Assembly (NCBI GenBank): GCA_023818895.1
Contig: JAMWCX010000001.1
Span: 659,789 to 691,788 of the forward strand
Origin: Candidatus Omnitrophota bacterium
Lineage (GTDB): Bacteria > Omnitrophota > Gorgyraeia > 2-01-FULL-45-10
Reading direction: 5' to 3'
DNA length: 32,000 bases
Below the pieces are notes generated by a model. It was given only the letters and a program-made list of their open reading frames with translations. It did no database searches and was not told the origin of the DNA. Below, piece by piece: positions 18,559 to 26,651 of the stretch (position 1 is the stretch's first letter; each line of letters begins with the position of its first letter). Both the position numbers and the translations under genes were made by a program.

Positions 18559-19173
18559 CTACTGCTTCCTCATCTCAGCCAAAACCTCTACAAGCCGCGT
18601 CGATGCATCGTTCAGCTCATAAGATATATATTTTATCTTGGATATTATGAAATTGCAGATAAGATAATACGGCACAGCCACCGTAAGGCCCGCCGCGGTC
18701 GTGATCATGGCCTCGTAAATGCCGGAGGCGAGCTGTGAAACCGTTATGGCGGAGCCGGCCCTCTCCCAAGCCATGAACGCCTTGATCAATCCAGTTATAG
18801 TACCTAAAAAACCGAGAAGCGGTTCTATGCCTATTATTGATATAAGGCCGCCTATATGCTTTTCGAGAGAGTGGACCTGGCTGTTACCGGCCCGCTCAAG
18901 AGCCTTCTCAATCTCATGCGGGGCAAGATGCCTTTTCTCTATACCTGCCTTGAGCGTGGCGCCAAGCGGATAATTTGAGTACTTTTCGCATAGTTTTTTC
19001 GCTTCATCAAATTTTTTTTCGGCCACTTTCGATAAAACGGACGATGTAAAGTCCTCATAGTCCATCCGAATCCTGAAAAGCATCCAAAGCTTATCCAGTA
19101 TTATGGCAAGACCGAGCACCGAGCCGAGAAGTATCGCTATCATCACCGGCCCACCTTTTATCACCCAAAACAT
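18559..19173 (-). CDS. exbB: MotA/TolQ/ExbB-family proton channel
   Basis: 204 aa, 3 TM. C-terminal LLGFLGTITGLIKAF ... GIYEAMITTAAGLTVAVP typical of ExbB/TolQ. Confidence 0.88.
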   Translation of the reverse strand: MFWVIKGGPVMIAILLGSVLGLAIILDKLWMLFRIRMDYEDFTSSVLSKVAEKKFDEAKKLCEKYSNYPLGATLKAGIEKRHLAPHEIEKALERAGNSQVHSLEKHIGGLISIIGIEPLLGFLGTITGLIKAFMAWERAGSAITVSQLASGIYEAMITTAAGLTVAVPYYLICNFIISKIKYISYELNDASTRLVEVLAEMRKQ

Positions 19174-19182
19174 ATCTTAATC

Positions 19183-19827
19183 CTATCCTTTCTTTAAAAC
19201 AGCCCCAAACAGCATAAAAAGGCCTATTAGAGATATAGCCGCACCGCTCAGTTTTGGAATCAGATGCTCGGCCTTTTGGCCGTACCTGTTCCTAACCAAC
19301 GTCAGTATGCCGCCTACTGCAAAACCAAACGGCAAAAGAGATATCATTGTTCCAAGACCGAAGACCGCCACCAGAAGGCCGCCGTACAACGCACTCTTCG
19401 TGGAAGCCGCCATAACTAATATAGCCATCTCTATGGGGCACGGCGGCAGACCCCTTATTATACCGAAAAGAAGCATCGAAATATCCCCTTTCAATCCGCC
19501 GAAACCTTTTAGGTAACAATGCGATTCCAGTTGATGGGTGTGAGTAAAGACCAACATTCCGAAAGCCACTGTAAAAGAGGATGCGATTATCTCAAGGTGT
19601 TTTGAGAATTTGGCAAGGTATTGCGCCCCTATGAATCCAAAGACAACACCGAGAACTGTGTCGGCTATCATCATGCCCAGACCATACAAGAAGACAAGGA
19701 ACAATATCTTCTTCGTGCCCCTGCCCAATATGGTGGCATAGAGGCTTGCGACTGCTTTATCCTCGCACGGTTCAAGGACATGCAGAAGGCCTATAAAGAA
19801 CGCTGATAACAAAGTAATATTATCCAT
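19183..19827 (-). CDS. LysE-superfamily membrane protein, NicO/RcnA- or DsbD_2-like putative metal transporter
   Basis: 214 aa, about 6 TM. Paired motifs GLLHVLEPCEDKA (TM1) and GLPPCPIEMA (TM4). Central His-rich loop FTHTHQLESHC. Family placement is by resemblance only. Confidence 0.45.
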   Translation of the reverse strand: MDNITLLSAFFIGLLHVLEPCEDKAVASLYATILGRGTKKILFLVFLYGLGMMIADTVLGVVFGFIGAQYLAKFSKHLEIIASSFTVAFGMLVFTHTHQLESHCYLKGFGGLKGDISMLLFGIIRGLPPCPIEMAILVMAASTKSALYGGLLVAVFGLGTMISLLPFGFAVGGILTLVRNRYGQKAEHLIPKLSGAAISLIGLFMLFGAVLKKG

Positions 19828-19830
19828 CGT

Positions 19831-20433
19831 TTAAGCCGTTTTTTGTGCAAGAAAATACGCTATGCTGTCGACAAGGCCCTTACGTATCATCATAACGGCT
19901 ATGGCCGCCAGGAGCAGGTGCGCTATCTTCGATACTGCCTTGGAACCCGCCCTACCCAGGATATTCGATATGTTATCGGCATATAAAAAAACGACCCACG
20001 TGATAGCGAGATTGGCTATAAATGACGATACTGTTAGTAAAAGGCCATGGGTATCAACCATCATGACGATGGTGGTAAGGACAGCCGGACCAGTGACGAG
20101 CGGCGTGCCGATGGGAACAGCCCCCATTGTCTGGGCTGAAAGACGCGGCTGAGGCCCGCGCTGTAGGATATCTCTGAGCGCTATCGCCAAAAGAACCGAG
20201 CCGCCGGCTATCTTGAAATCGGATACCATGACGCCGAGAACCTTAAATATCCACGTTCCCAGAAACAGAAATATTATCCCGATTAGGAAGGCTGTAATCA
20301 TCGATTGAGTGATTATGCGGCGCTTTTCCCGCTTCTTGAGATGTTCCGTAAAAGCCAAATACATCGGCATGACGCCGATGGCGTCCATGGCTACAAATAT
20401 TGGTATGAAGGAAAGAAGAAATGATTTTATCAT
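19831..20433 (-). CDS. marC: MarC-family (UPF0056) integral membrane protein
   Basis: 200 aa. N-terminal FIPIFVAMDAIGVMP and 6-TM profile. The stop is 3 nt from the next ATG. Confidence 0.82.
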   Translation of the reverse strand: MIKSFLLSFIPIFVAMDAIGVMPMYLAFTEHLKKREKRRIITQSMITAFLIGIIFLFLGTWIFKVLGVMVSDFKIAGGSVLLAIALRDILQRGPQPRLSAQTMGAVPIGTPLVTGPAVLTTIVMMVDTHGLLLTVSSFIANLAITWVVFLYADNISNILGRAGSKAVSKIAHLLLAAIAVMMIRKGLVDSIAYFLAQKTA

Positions 20434-20451
20434 ATTATATAATTACATGAA

Positions 20452-20460
20452 ATTATATCA
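20452..20460 (-). promoter_or_regulatory. extended -10 promoter element upstream of marC
   Basis: Minus strand TGATATAAT (TGnTATAAT), about 19 nt upstream of the marC ATG. The -35 is weak (TTGTTT, 16-nt spacer). No clear Shine-Dalgarno. Confidence 0.4.
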
Positions 20461-20497
20461 TATAATCTCGCAAAAACAAAGGGTATTGGCTCAGTTG

Positions 20498-20535
20498 CAC
20501 AAACAAATAGGGCCGAACTCATTCCGGTCCGGCCC
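20498..20535 (-). terminator. Rho-independent terminator after the DUF2934 gene
   Basis: Minus strand GGGCCGGAC-CGGAATGA-GTTCGGCCC (9-bp stem including one G-U) followed by TATTTGTTTGTG. Confidence 0.65.
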
Positions 20536-20559
20536 CATCATCATTATGCCTAATGCAAC

Positions 20560-20745
20560 CTATTTGGAAAGCTTCCCCTTTATTATTCTCTCCGCCTCTA
20601 GCCAGTCGTCCAAGGCATGGCCACTTCTGCGGCCCCTCTTTTCATAAAGTTCATAGGCCTTTTTCGCTATGAGAGCGTTGAGATCTTCTTTGGACATGAC
20701 AGGATTGGATGACTTTCCTAATTTGAATGAGGGCGTTCTTGGCAT
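20560..20745 (-). CDS. DUF2934-family small protein
   Basis: 61 aa. AYELYEKRGRRSGHALDDWLEAE matches the DUF2934 signature as I recall it. Strong AGGAGGAGG Shine-Dalgarno. Confidence 0.7.
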   Translation of the reverse strand: MPRTPSFKLGKSSNPVMSKEDLNALIAKKAYELYEKRGRRSGHALDDWLEAERIIKGKLSK

Positions 20746-20805
20746 ATTTACCTCCTCCTTTCTTCTGGAATTTAAAGCGTAATCAATTATACATACAGAA
20801 AAGAA

Positions 20806-22470
20806 TTATGCAATAGAAATCTTAAGGAAATCCGGAATCTCTTTTCCCATGAGGGTATATATGTTTTTAAGATGCGTTCTGTACAACCGGTCGAATGGGT
20901 TTTCATTGCCCACATGGGCCTTGCCGCCGTACCACCAATTCCAGTCACTCCCTTCGGCTATATAAAGCTCTCTCCACGCTTGGCGTATTTTCGCGTCGTC
21001 TGCCTTAATGCCCTTCTTCTGAGCCTGGCGTGTAAACCTAACCAGATCCTTACGCACCCTGTCCAGGTAGCTCCAGGAAATGTTATCCTGCTCCTGGCCT
21101 ATCCATATTTCGAAATTGTGATTGATCCATGAGCCTGGAAACACGTTGGAGATGGACCTCTTAGGACTTTCGAGCGATAGAAAATCGCTTATGGTGGTAG
21201 TTCCTATATTCTCTTCCTTGTCGATATTGCCGTAAAGTGTTTCAAAAAACAGCCTGCCGTTATCCTTGTAATATTCCCAAGCATTCTCTCCATCCATAAC
21301 AATGGTAAGAAGTCCTCTATCTGTATCGCGCCTCAGGCTGGATTCTATGTTGTTGCAGTGATTGATGAGATCCCATGCCGCCTCATCCTGGTCCCAGGCA
21401 TTGTAATTGAAGCTTATTATATCCGAGAGGTTCTTATCGCGGAATATCATGGTAATATGGCCCGAGGCGTTTTCGTACCGGTAAGGCCTGTATATTATTC
21501 GCCTGTCGAATTGAGTTACGCCTTTATACTTTTTGTCATAAAGCGAAAGGCTTCTGAAAAGTATGTCCTCATCGGTAGCAACCCACTTTATGCCGCTTCT
21601 TATCAGGACGTCGAGCGCCTTGTCTGAAACGCTTCCCTCCGAAGGCCACATGCCGGCCGGCGGAACGCCAAACTGTTCTGTGTGATATTTTATAGCCTCC
21701 GTGACATGCCATTCCGCATCCTCAGGGTGCGAAAATCTCTTCGGCAGCGGACTGCCAGGCAGTGACGGCCTGGCGTCGTTGGTGTCGCAGATGAGCGGCA
21801 GTATCGGATGATAAAAAGGCGTTGTTGTTATTTCTATGCGACCCTCATCCTGCAGCTTCCTGTATAGCGGTATAATACGGCTCATTATCTTTTTCTGACA
21901 CGCGATGATGTATTCTTTATCCTCTTCCGTGTACCCCTCTTTCTTGGCGACTAGCTCCTTTAGGTTAACATCCTCCTCTATATTTATTGAGTGAAACCAC
22001 GCGAGGTTAAAAAGCGCCTGGAGATCGAGGAAATCTTGGCTCGAGAAACTCTTGACCACTTTCTTTAAGGCGGAGCCGGCGAGTGTTTTCACGCCTTTCT
22101 TAAGCAACAAAGATTCATAGCGTTTGTTCGGCTCGATGAACTGTTTGAAGTTTACCTTGAAAAAGTTATTGAGTATAGCCACCTTCTGTTCGAATGTGAG
22201 CGCGGTGGCTTTGACGGCAGTCAGGTCAAGGAAGGTGTCTTTTGTTTCATTATGGACATAATCGTTTATCTGCTCAACAAGAGAGGGAACCAAGTTGAAT
22301 GTCACCCTGACCGGCGCGAAATCTTCCACAAGGGCGGCCATCGGGTAGTAGTCCTTGACGCCGTGTAGCCGTACCCACGGCATCTGGTATTTTCCGGTCA
22401 GGGGGTCTTTGTAGAAGGGCTGGTGCATGTGCCAGAGGAATGCGACCCCGAGTCGTTTGGAGATATTCAT
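20806..22470 (-). CDS. glycoside hydrolase family 57 enzyme (alpha-amylase / amylopullulanase / 4-alpha-glucanotransferase type)
   Basis: GH57 regions LWHMHQPFY, PWVRLHGVKDYY, NLVPSL, DGENAWEYY, FEIWIGQEQDNISW and EGSDWNWWYG. The track start is TTG at 22482; I prefer the ATG at 22470. Confidence 0.88.
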   Translation of the reverse strand: MNISKRLGVAFLWHMHQPFYKDPLTGKYQMPWVRLHGVKDYYPMAALVEDFAPVRVTFNLVPSLVEQINDYVHNETKDTFLDLTAVKATALTFEQKVAILNNFFKVNFKQFIEPNKRYESLLLKKGVKTLAGSALKKVVKSFSSQDFLDLQALFNLAWFHSINIEEDVNLKELVAKKEGYTEEDKEYIIACQKKIMSRIIPLYRKLQDEGRIEITTTPFYHPILPLICDTNDARPSLPGSPLPKRFSHPEDAEWHVTEAIKYHTEQFGVPPAGMWPSEGSVSDKALDVLIRSGIKWVATDEDILFRSLSLYDKKYKGVTQFDRRIIYRPYRYENASGHITMIFRDKNLSDIISFNYNAWDQDEAAWDLINHCNNIESSLRRDTDRGLLTIVMDGENAWEYYKDNGRLFFETLYGNIDKEENIGTTTISDFLSLESPKRSISNVFPGSWINHNFEIWIGQEQDNISWSYLDRVRKDLVRFTRQAQKKGIKADDAKIRQAWRELYIAEGSDWNWWYGGKAHVGNENPFDRLYRTHLKNIYTLMGKEIPDFLKISIA

Positions 22471-22576
22471 AAATGAATCCAAACATCAAAAATCAATCAT
22501 CAAAATGACTTTTTTAAAATTCGGAATTTTTTGATTCTACGCCGTAGCTCTGATTTTGCGGACCTTAAATTTTAAA

Positions 22577-24166
22577 CTAGGTACAGTAGATTGTGTAATC
22601 TATGTCCGGGAATATGTTATTTTTCCATTCCAGGCGCCTGGTGTATTCCTCGTCGAGAGAGCCGCTCTTCACGTCTTCGTAGAGATTCGTGAAGTTTTCC
22701 GCGTGCCCCCTAAAACGCTCCACGGCGTAGGGTACATGGGAGCCTGTCTTCATTATAAAGGCCCAATCGCTTGATTGCGCCAGAAGAAGCTCTCTTGCCA
22801 TCTGGTTTAAGACCCTTGCCAAAAGCCCTTTCGCGTTGCGATTTTCATTCGCGACCTCGACCATCCGTTCTACCATCTTGTGAAGATGCCGGTATATCCA
22901 GTCGTTCGAGCCCTCAAGCCACACTTCGCTGTAGCCCTTCCATCCCCAGCTGGAGAAAGCCGGCGTCAGCACCTGGTAACTCTTATGCATCTTAAGATAC
23001 TCGCCGGGAGTCGTAAGCGCTATGTTCTTCTGGTCATATCGTATCTTCCTTATAAGAAAGTCAAGCCACATAGGTCCTTCAAACCACCAGTGGCCGTAAA
23101 GCTCAGCGTCGTAAGGAGCCACGACAATCGGCTTTCTGTCACCCATACCACCCGCAAGGTATTCTATCTGTTTTTCGCGGTTGAACATGAAATTACCTGC
23201 ATGCGAAGCCGCTGTTTCGCGGGCCGCGTCTGGGTTGTACGGCTCCTTGTGATTGGTTTTACCTGTAATCCTGTAATACTTTATACCGGTGTTTATCCTT
23301 ACACCGTCGGCGTTTATATACGGCCTGATATATTCATAATCAAGGTCGAATCCCACATCGCGATAAAATTCTCTGTAATTGTAATCGCCAGGATAACCCT
23401 CTTCGGCGCTCCATACCTGCTTTGATGATTCGGTATCCCTTCCGTATACCGCCACCCCTGACTTGCACATATAAGGGTTGAACACGCCAAATCTGGGACG
23501 CGGAGTTCCGAAAAGTATGCCATGCGTATCGACCAGAAAATATTTTACGCCTTCCCGCTTGAGGAATTCGTCATCTCCTGGAACGTAACCGCACTCGGGC
23601 AGCCATATGCCGGCGCTTTTCCTGCCGAACACCTTCTGATACATATCGGTGGCGACCTTCACCTGCGCCCTTACCGAAGCGGCCCGTTCAACCTCCATGA
23701 GCGGCAGATATCCGTGGGTGGCACAGCAGGTTATGACTTCGAGATTGCCTGTCTCCTGAAAGTGTTTAAAAGCGTTCACGAGGTTGCGGTGGTATTGGTC
23801 TACAAAGATGTGGCGGGCTTCCCAGAAATTGTTGTGATACATGTGGGCAAGCCTGTTGAACTGAGGCTCCCATGCAGTCCGCTCTATCTCTTTTCCAGAA
23901 AGTTCTATAAGCTTATCGAGGTGTTTTAGGTATTTATCTTGAAGATGTTCGTCCATCAGCATGGTCATGAGCGTCGGCGACAAGGATATGGTAAGCTTAT
24001 AATCGACTTTGTCGCGCTCAAGACCTTGAAGGACCTTTATGATGGGAATGTAAGTCTCGGTAATGGCCTCGAACAACCAATCTTCTTCAAGAAAATCTTC
24101 GAACTCCGGATGGCGCACGAAAGGAAGATGCGCGTGGAGGACTATCGCTAGGTAACCTTTTGGCAT
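22577..24166 (-). CDS. GH57-type 1,4-alpha-glucan branching enzyme
   Basis: 529 aa. VLHAHLPFVRHPE, WLPECGYVPG, APYDAELYGHWWFEGPMWL and QSSDWAFIM, as in GH57 branching enzymes with the DUF1957 C-domain. Confidence 0.86.
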   Translation of the reverse strand: MPKGYLAIVLHAHLPFVRHPEFEDFLEEDWLFEAITETYIPIIKVLQGLERDKVDYKLTISLSPTLMTMLMDEHLQDKYLKHLDKLIELSGKEIERTAWEPQFNRLAHMYHNNFWEARHIFVDQYHRNLVNAFKHFQETGNLEVITCCATHGYLPLMEVERAASVRAQVKVATDMYQKVFGRKSAGIWLPECGYVPGDDEFLKREGVKYFLVDTHGILFGTPRPRFGVFNPYMCKSGVAVYGRDTESSKQVWSAEEGYPGDYNYREFYRDVGFDLDYEYIRPYINADGVRINTGIKYYRITGKTNHKEPYNPDAARETAASHAGNFMFNREKQIEYLAGGMGDRKPIVVAPYDAELYGHWWFEGPMWLDFLIRKIRYDQKNIALTTPGEYLKMHKSYQVLTPAFSSWGWKGYSEVWLEGSNDWIYRHLHKMVERMVEVANENRNAKGLLARVLNQMARELLLAQSSDWAFIMKTGSHVPYAVERFRGHAENFTNLYEDVKSGSLDEEYTRRLEWKNNIFPDIDYTIYCT

Positions 24167-24172
24167 AAAGGG

Positions 24173-25012
24173 TTATTCTGTCTTTCTCGTAACTATCGGC
24201 GTTATGCGGCGCTTATCGATACCGTCGTTAGATGTCGCCTCGACAGGGATAACCTGCTTTCCGTCAGGGAGAGCAAACCGCAGAGTAAACGTCCCGTCGG
24301 ACCGGAGATTGATCTGCTTACCCTGAACGGTCACCTTAGCATCGGGCTCGGTAGCTCCGTATACTATAAGCTCGCAATTTACCACGAGCCAGAATTTTCT
24401 TTCTATCGGCTTTCTGTAGAAGGACGCGCCGCTTGATATCCCTCCGGAAGAGATCTGTTCCTCAAGCCGCCTCTTTATCAATTCCCGGACCTCAAGCGAG
24501 CCCTTGCCCACGCCGAAACCTCCGGAGAGGCTGAACATCTTCCAGTACTCCTCCTCTGGAATCATCCACTCCGCGTCAAGTTGGTCGGACATCCCGAACC
24601 GAGGTGTCTTGACCATATTTGAACGCGCCAGCACGTGGAAATCGCCTTTTTTTGTGACAATACCTATATCTACTATCCACGAGCGGTCCGGTTTCCCAAC
24701 GTTGATATACCAGTTGTTCGCCAGGCCCCGCAGGTCTATATCAAAGTATGAATGGGCGTTATGGCCGTTGAAATTGATGTCGGTAACATCATAGACCCGC
24801 AGAACGGACTTTACCATGCTCTCGCCTGAATGCTCGATCTTCCTTACAACCTCTTCTTCTTTGTCCCTACGGATCTCCCAGTAAGCGAATATCCACCAAG
24901 GATCTCTGACGAGTATTACTATCCTATTGTCGCCATAACCCGGCGGAAAACGAAATTCCCTGCGTTCCTTAACACCATAAACACTGTTTGTGCCTGCAGT
25001 CTTATTTGCCAT
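24173..25012 (-). CDS. DUF4912-domain protein
   Basis: 279 aa. RIVILVRDPWWIFAYWEI N-terminal signature and C-terminal beta-rich LIVYGATEPDAKVTVQG...DGTF. Stop is 6 nt from the branching-enzyme ATG. Confidence 0.8.
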   Translation of the reverse strand: MANKTAGTNSVYGVKERREFRFPPGYGDNRIVILVRDPWWIFAYWEIRRDKEEEVVRKIEHSGESMVKSVLRVYDVTDINFNGHNAHSYFDIDLRGLANNWYINVGKPDRSWIVDIGIVTKKGDFHVLARSNMVKTPRFGMSDQLDAEWMIPEEEYWKMFSLSGGFGVGKGSLEVRELIKRRLEEQISSGGISSGASFYRKPIERKFWLVVNCELIVYGATEPDAKVTVQGKQINLRSDGTFTLRFALPDGKQVIPVEATSNDGIDKRRITPIVTRKTE

Positions 25013-25029
25013 GGCCCATGCCCTCCCGC

Positions 25030-25203
25030 TCAGACACCTTCTTCCTCGTCTTCTTGTATATAGTTACTTCGTCGTTTAAAGCCGCCGCCTGTCTTACCGT
25101 CGCCGTGGCACACAGAATAGTCAGGGCAACTGAGGTAGCATAGATCGCTTAAATGATTGTCTTCTTCGCAAACAGAATAGCGAGGACAGATCTCGCAGCA
25201 CAT
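25030..25203 (-). CDS. unannotated 57-aa cysteine-rich protein with tandem C-x3-CP-x-YSVC motif and acidic tail
   Basis: My own translation: MCCEICPRYSVCEEDNHLSDLCYLSCPDYSVCHGDGKTGGGFKRRSNYIQEDEEEGV. It fills most of the 215-nt gap between the 139-aa gene and DUF4912. Two of the five DNA differences between the motif copies are synonymous (TGT/TGC, GTT/GTG). The RBS is weak. Confidence 0.45.
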   Translation of the reverse strand: MCCEICPRYSVCEEDNHLSDLCYLSCPDYSVCHGDGKTGGGFKRRSNYIQEDEEEGV

Positions 25204-25227
25204 TGCTTTAACTTAACGTAACAGTCC

Positions 25228-25647
25228 CTATTCTCCCGGCGGTACAGCTGCTGGCCCTTCTCCTGCCGGCTCTGTAACCGGCTGGACCTCTTCCTTTTCG
25301 ACCATTATGAGCCGCGCGACATTTTTCCCACCGTTGATGACATAAGTGACATCCGCCCAGTCACCCTTTTTTATATCGCTTAATGTGTTAGCGTTTTCCA
25401 GCTTAGATTCCTTATCCACGATGATAGTGGCGGTCTTTTCGCTATCTGAATCATAATCATAGTATTGGATATCTATTGTTCCCGCTGCTGTGTCAACGGC
25501 CTGTATTTCGCCATAAATCGCTATCTCTCTTGGCGCCGCCGTGGCAGCGCTTACCGCCTTGTCCTCGGTCTGCGACGATGCCGTTAATGCGAAAGATACG
25601 GTAAAGATTGTGGCAACCAATATAGCTATGAAATAATTCTTCCTCAT
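25228..25647 (-). CDS. hypothetical secreted protein
   Basis: 139 aa. Signal peptide (ILVATIFTVSFALTA/SSQ), beta-rich core and Pro/Glu-rich tail. Strong TAGGAGGG Shine-Dalgarno. Confidence 0.7.
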   Translation of the reverse strand: MRKNYFIAILVATIFTVSFALTASSQTEDKAVSAATAAPREIAIYGEIQAVDTAAGTIDIQYYDYDSDSEKTATIIVDKESKLENANTLSDIKKGDWADVTYVINGGKNVARLIMVEKEEVQPVTEPAGEGPAAVPPGE

Positions 25648-25731
25648 CCTGCCCTCCTAAATTTAATTTTTCATAATTCCAGACGCAGCATGTATGACAC
25701 CAAATGTATCTGTCACAGATTCCTCTTTTTC

Positions 25732-25760
25732 TTTATATCAGATTATAATATAAAAGTCAA
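25732..25760 (-). promoter_or_regulatory. sigma70-type promoter for the secreted-protein/Cys-rich/DUF4912/GH57 operon
   Basis: Minus strand TTGACT (25760..25755), 17-nt spacer, TATAAA (25737..25732) preceded by TGA (extended -10 like). Implies a 5' UTR of about 80 nt. Confidence 0.5.
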
Positions 25761-25764
25761 TGAT

Positions 25765-26526
25765 TTAAAAAGTCAATTTCCTGCCTGTTTCATCAAATAT
25801 GCGCCATTTGCCTAAATGATGTTTCTGAAGCATATATTTCCACGCCGTGCTCAAGACGCCCAGGCCGTAAATCACACTTCTGGGAAAATTTATTGAGGAC
25901 GACTCCTTTGTATAGCTGGACGGACAGGTAATCTCAGCCACCCTGTATCCGAAGTAAAACGCTTGCAGCAGCATCTGGTTGTCGAATACAAAATCGTTTG
26001 AGTTCTCTAGGATAGGCAGCTTCAGCAGGACCTCTTTTGAAAATGCCCTGTAGCCGGTATGGTATTCGGAAAGCTTCTGGCTTATCATATTATTCTCGAT
26101 CAGTGTCAGCAGACGATTCGCTATATATTTGTAAAGTGGCATACCGCCTTCCAGCGCTTTGTTTCCAAGTATCCTTGAGCCAAGCACAACATCGAACATG
26201 CCTGATGTAATAAGGGCGGCCATCGCCGTTATAAGTTTGGGGGGATATTGATAGTCGGGGTGCAGCATTACCACGACATCGGCTCCTGCCTTCAGGGCCT
26301 CAGCGTAACAGGTTTTCTGGTTTCCGCCGTAACCTAAGTTCTCGGGATGGACAAATACCTTTAGTCCAAGTGAGCGCGCCACCTGCACCGTTCTGTCTGC
26401 CGATTTGTCATCGGTCAGGATTATCTCGTCAACTATATCTTTGGGGATTTCGTCGTAAGTCTTGCGCAGCGTCTTCTCGGCGTTGTAGGCTGGCATCACG
26501 ACAACTATCTTTTTCCCATTAAGCAT
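25765..26526 (-). CDS. family 2 glycosyltransferase (Dpm1/polyprenyl-phosphate glycosyltransferase-like)
   Basis: 253 aa. VVMPAYNAEKTL, ILTDDKSADRT and DPDYQYPP-like (HPDYQYPP) GT-A motifs. GAGG Shine-Dalgarno 6 nt upstream. Confidence 0.88.
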   Translation of the reverse strand: MLNGKKIVVVMPAYNAEKTLRKTYDEIPKDIVDEIILTDDKSADRTVQVARSLGLKVFVHPENLGYGGNQKTCYAEALKAGADVVVMLHPDYQYPPKLITAMAALITSGMFDVVLGSRILGNKALEGGMPLYKYIANRLLTLIENNMISQKLSEYHTGYRAFSKEVLLKLPILENSNDFVFDNQMLLQAFYFGYRVAEITCPSSYTKESSSINFPRSVIYGLGVLSTAWKYMLQKHHLGKWRIFDETGRKLTF

Positions 26527-26543
26527 GATAGACCTCAGTCACC

Positions 26544-26592
26544 AAAAAAACAAGAGCACGCCTCGTTATCATGGCGAACACTGGACGTGCTC
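26544..26592 (-). terminator. strong Rho-independent terminator after the lipoprotein operon, abutting the GT2 start
   Basis: Minus strand GAGCACG (26592..26586) pairs with CGTGCTC (26560..26554), with extra flanking pairs. Followed by TTGTTTTTTT (T7 = 26550..26544). The T-tract ends 18 nt before the GT2 ATG. Confidence 0.65.
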
Positions 26593-26651
26593 CCTACCTT
26601 GTAATATTTATCTTAAGATCTTTTAAAAATATTTAGGACGAAGCGCTTCGA

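Noticed and set aside
25030-25203. Cys-rich 57-aa ORF as a RiPP precursor
   Set aside because: No radical-SAM, lanthipeptide, YcaO or peptidase/exporter genes are nearby. The neighbours are glucan-metabolism genes, so a small metal-binding protein is the more economical reading.
25661-25681. 6-codon uORF (ATGCTGCGTCTGGAATTATGA) and small alternative hairpins in the 5' UTR of the 139-aa gene
   Set aside because: It has no Shine-Dalgarno and is very short. Such features are expected by chance in an AT-rich leader.
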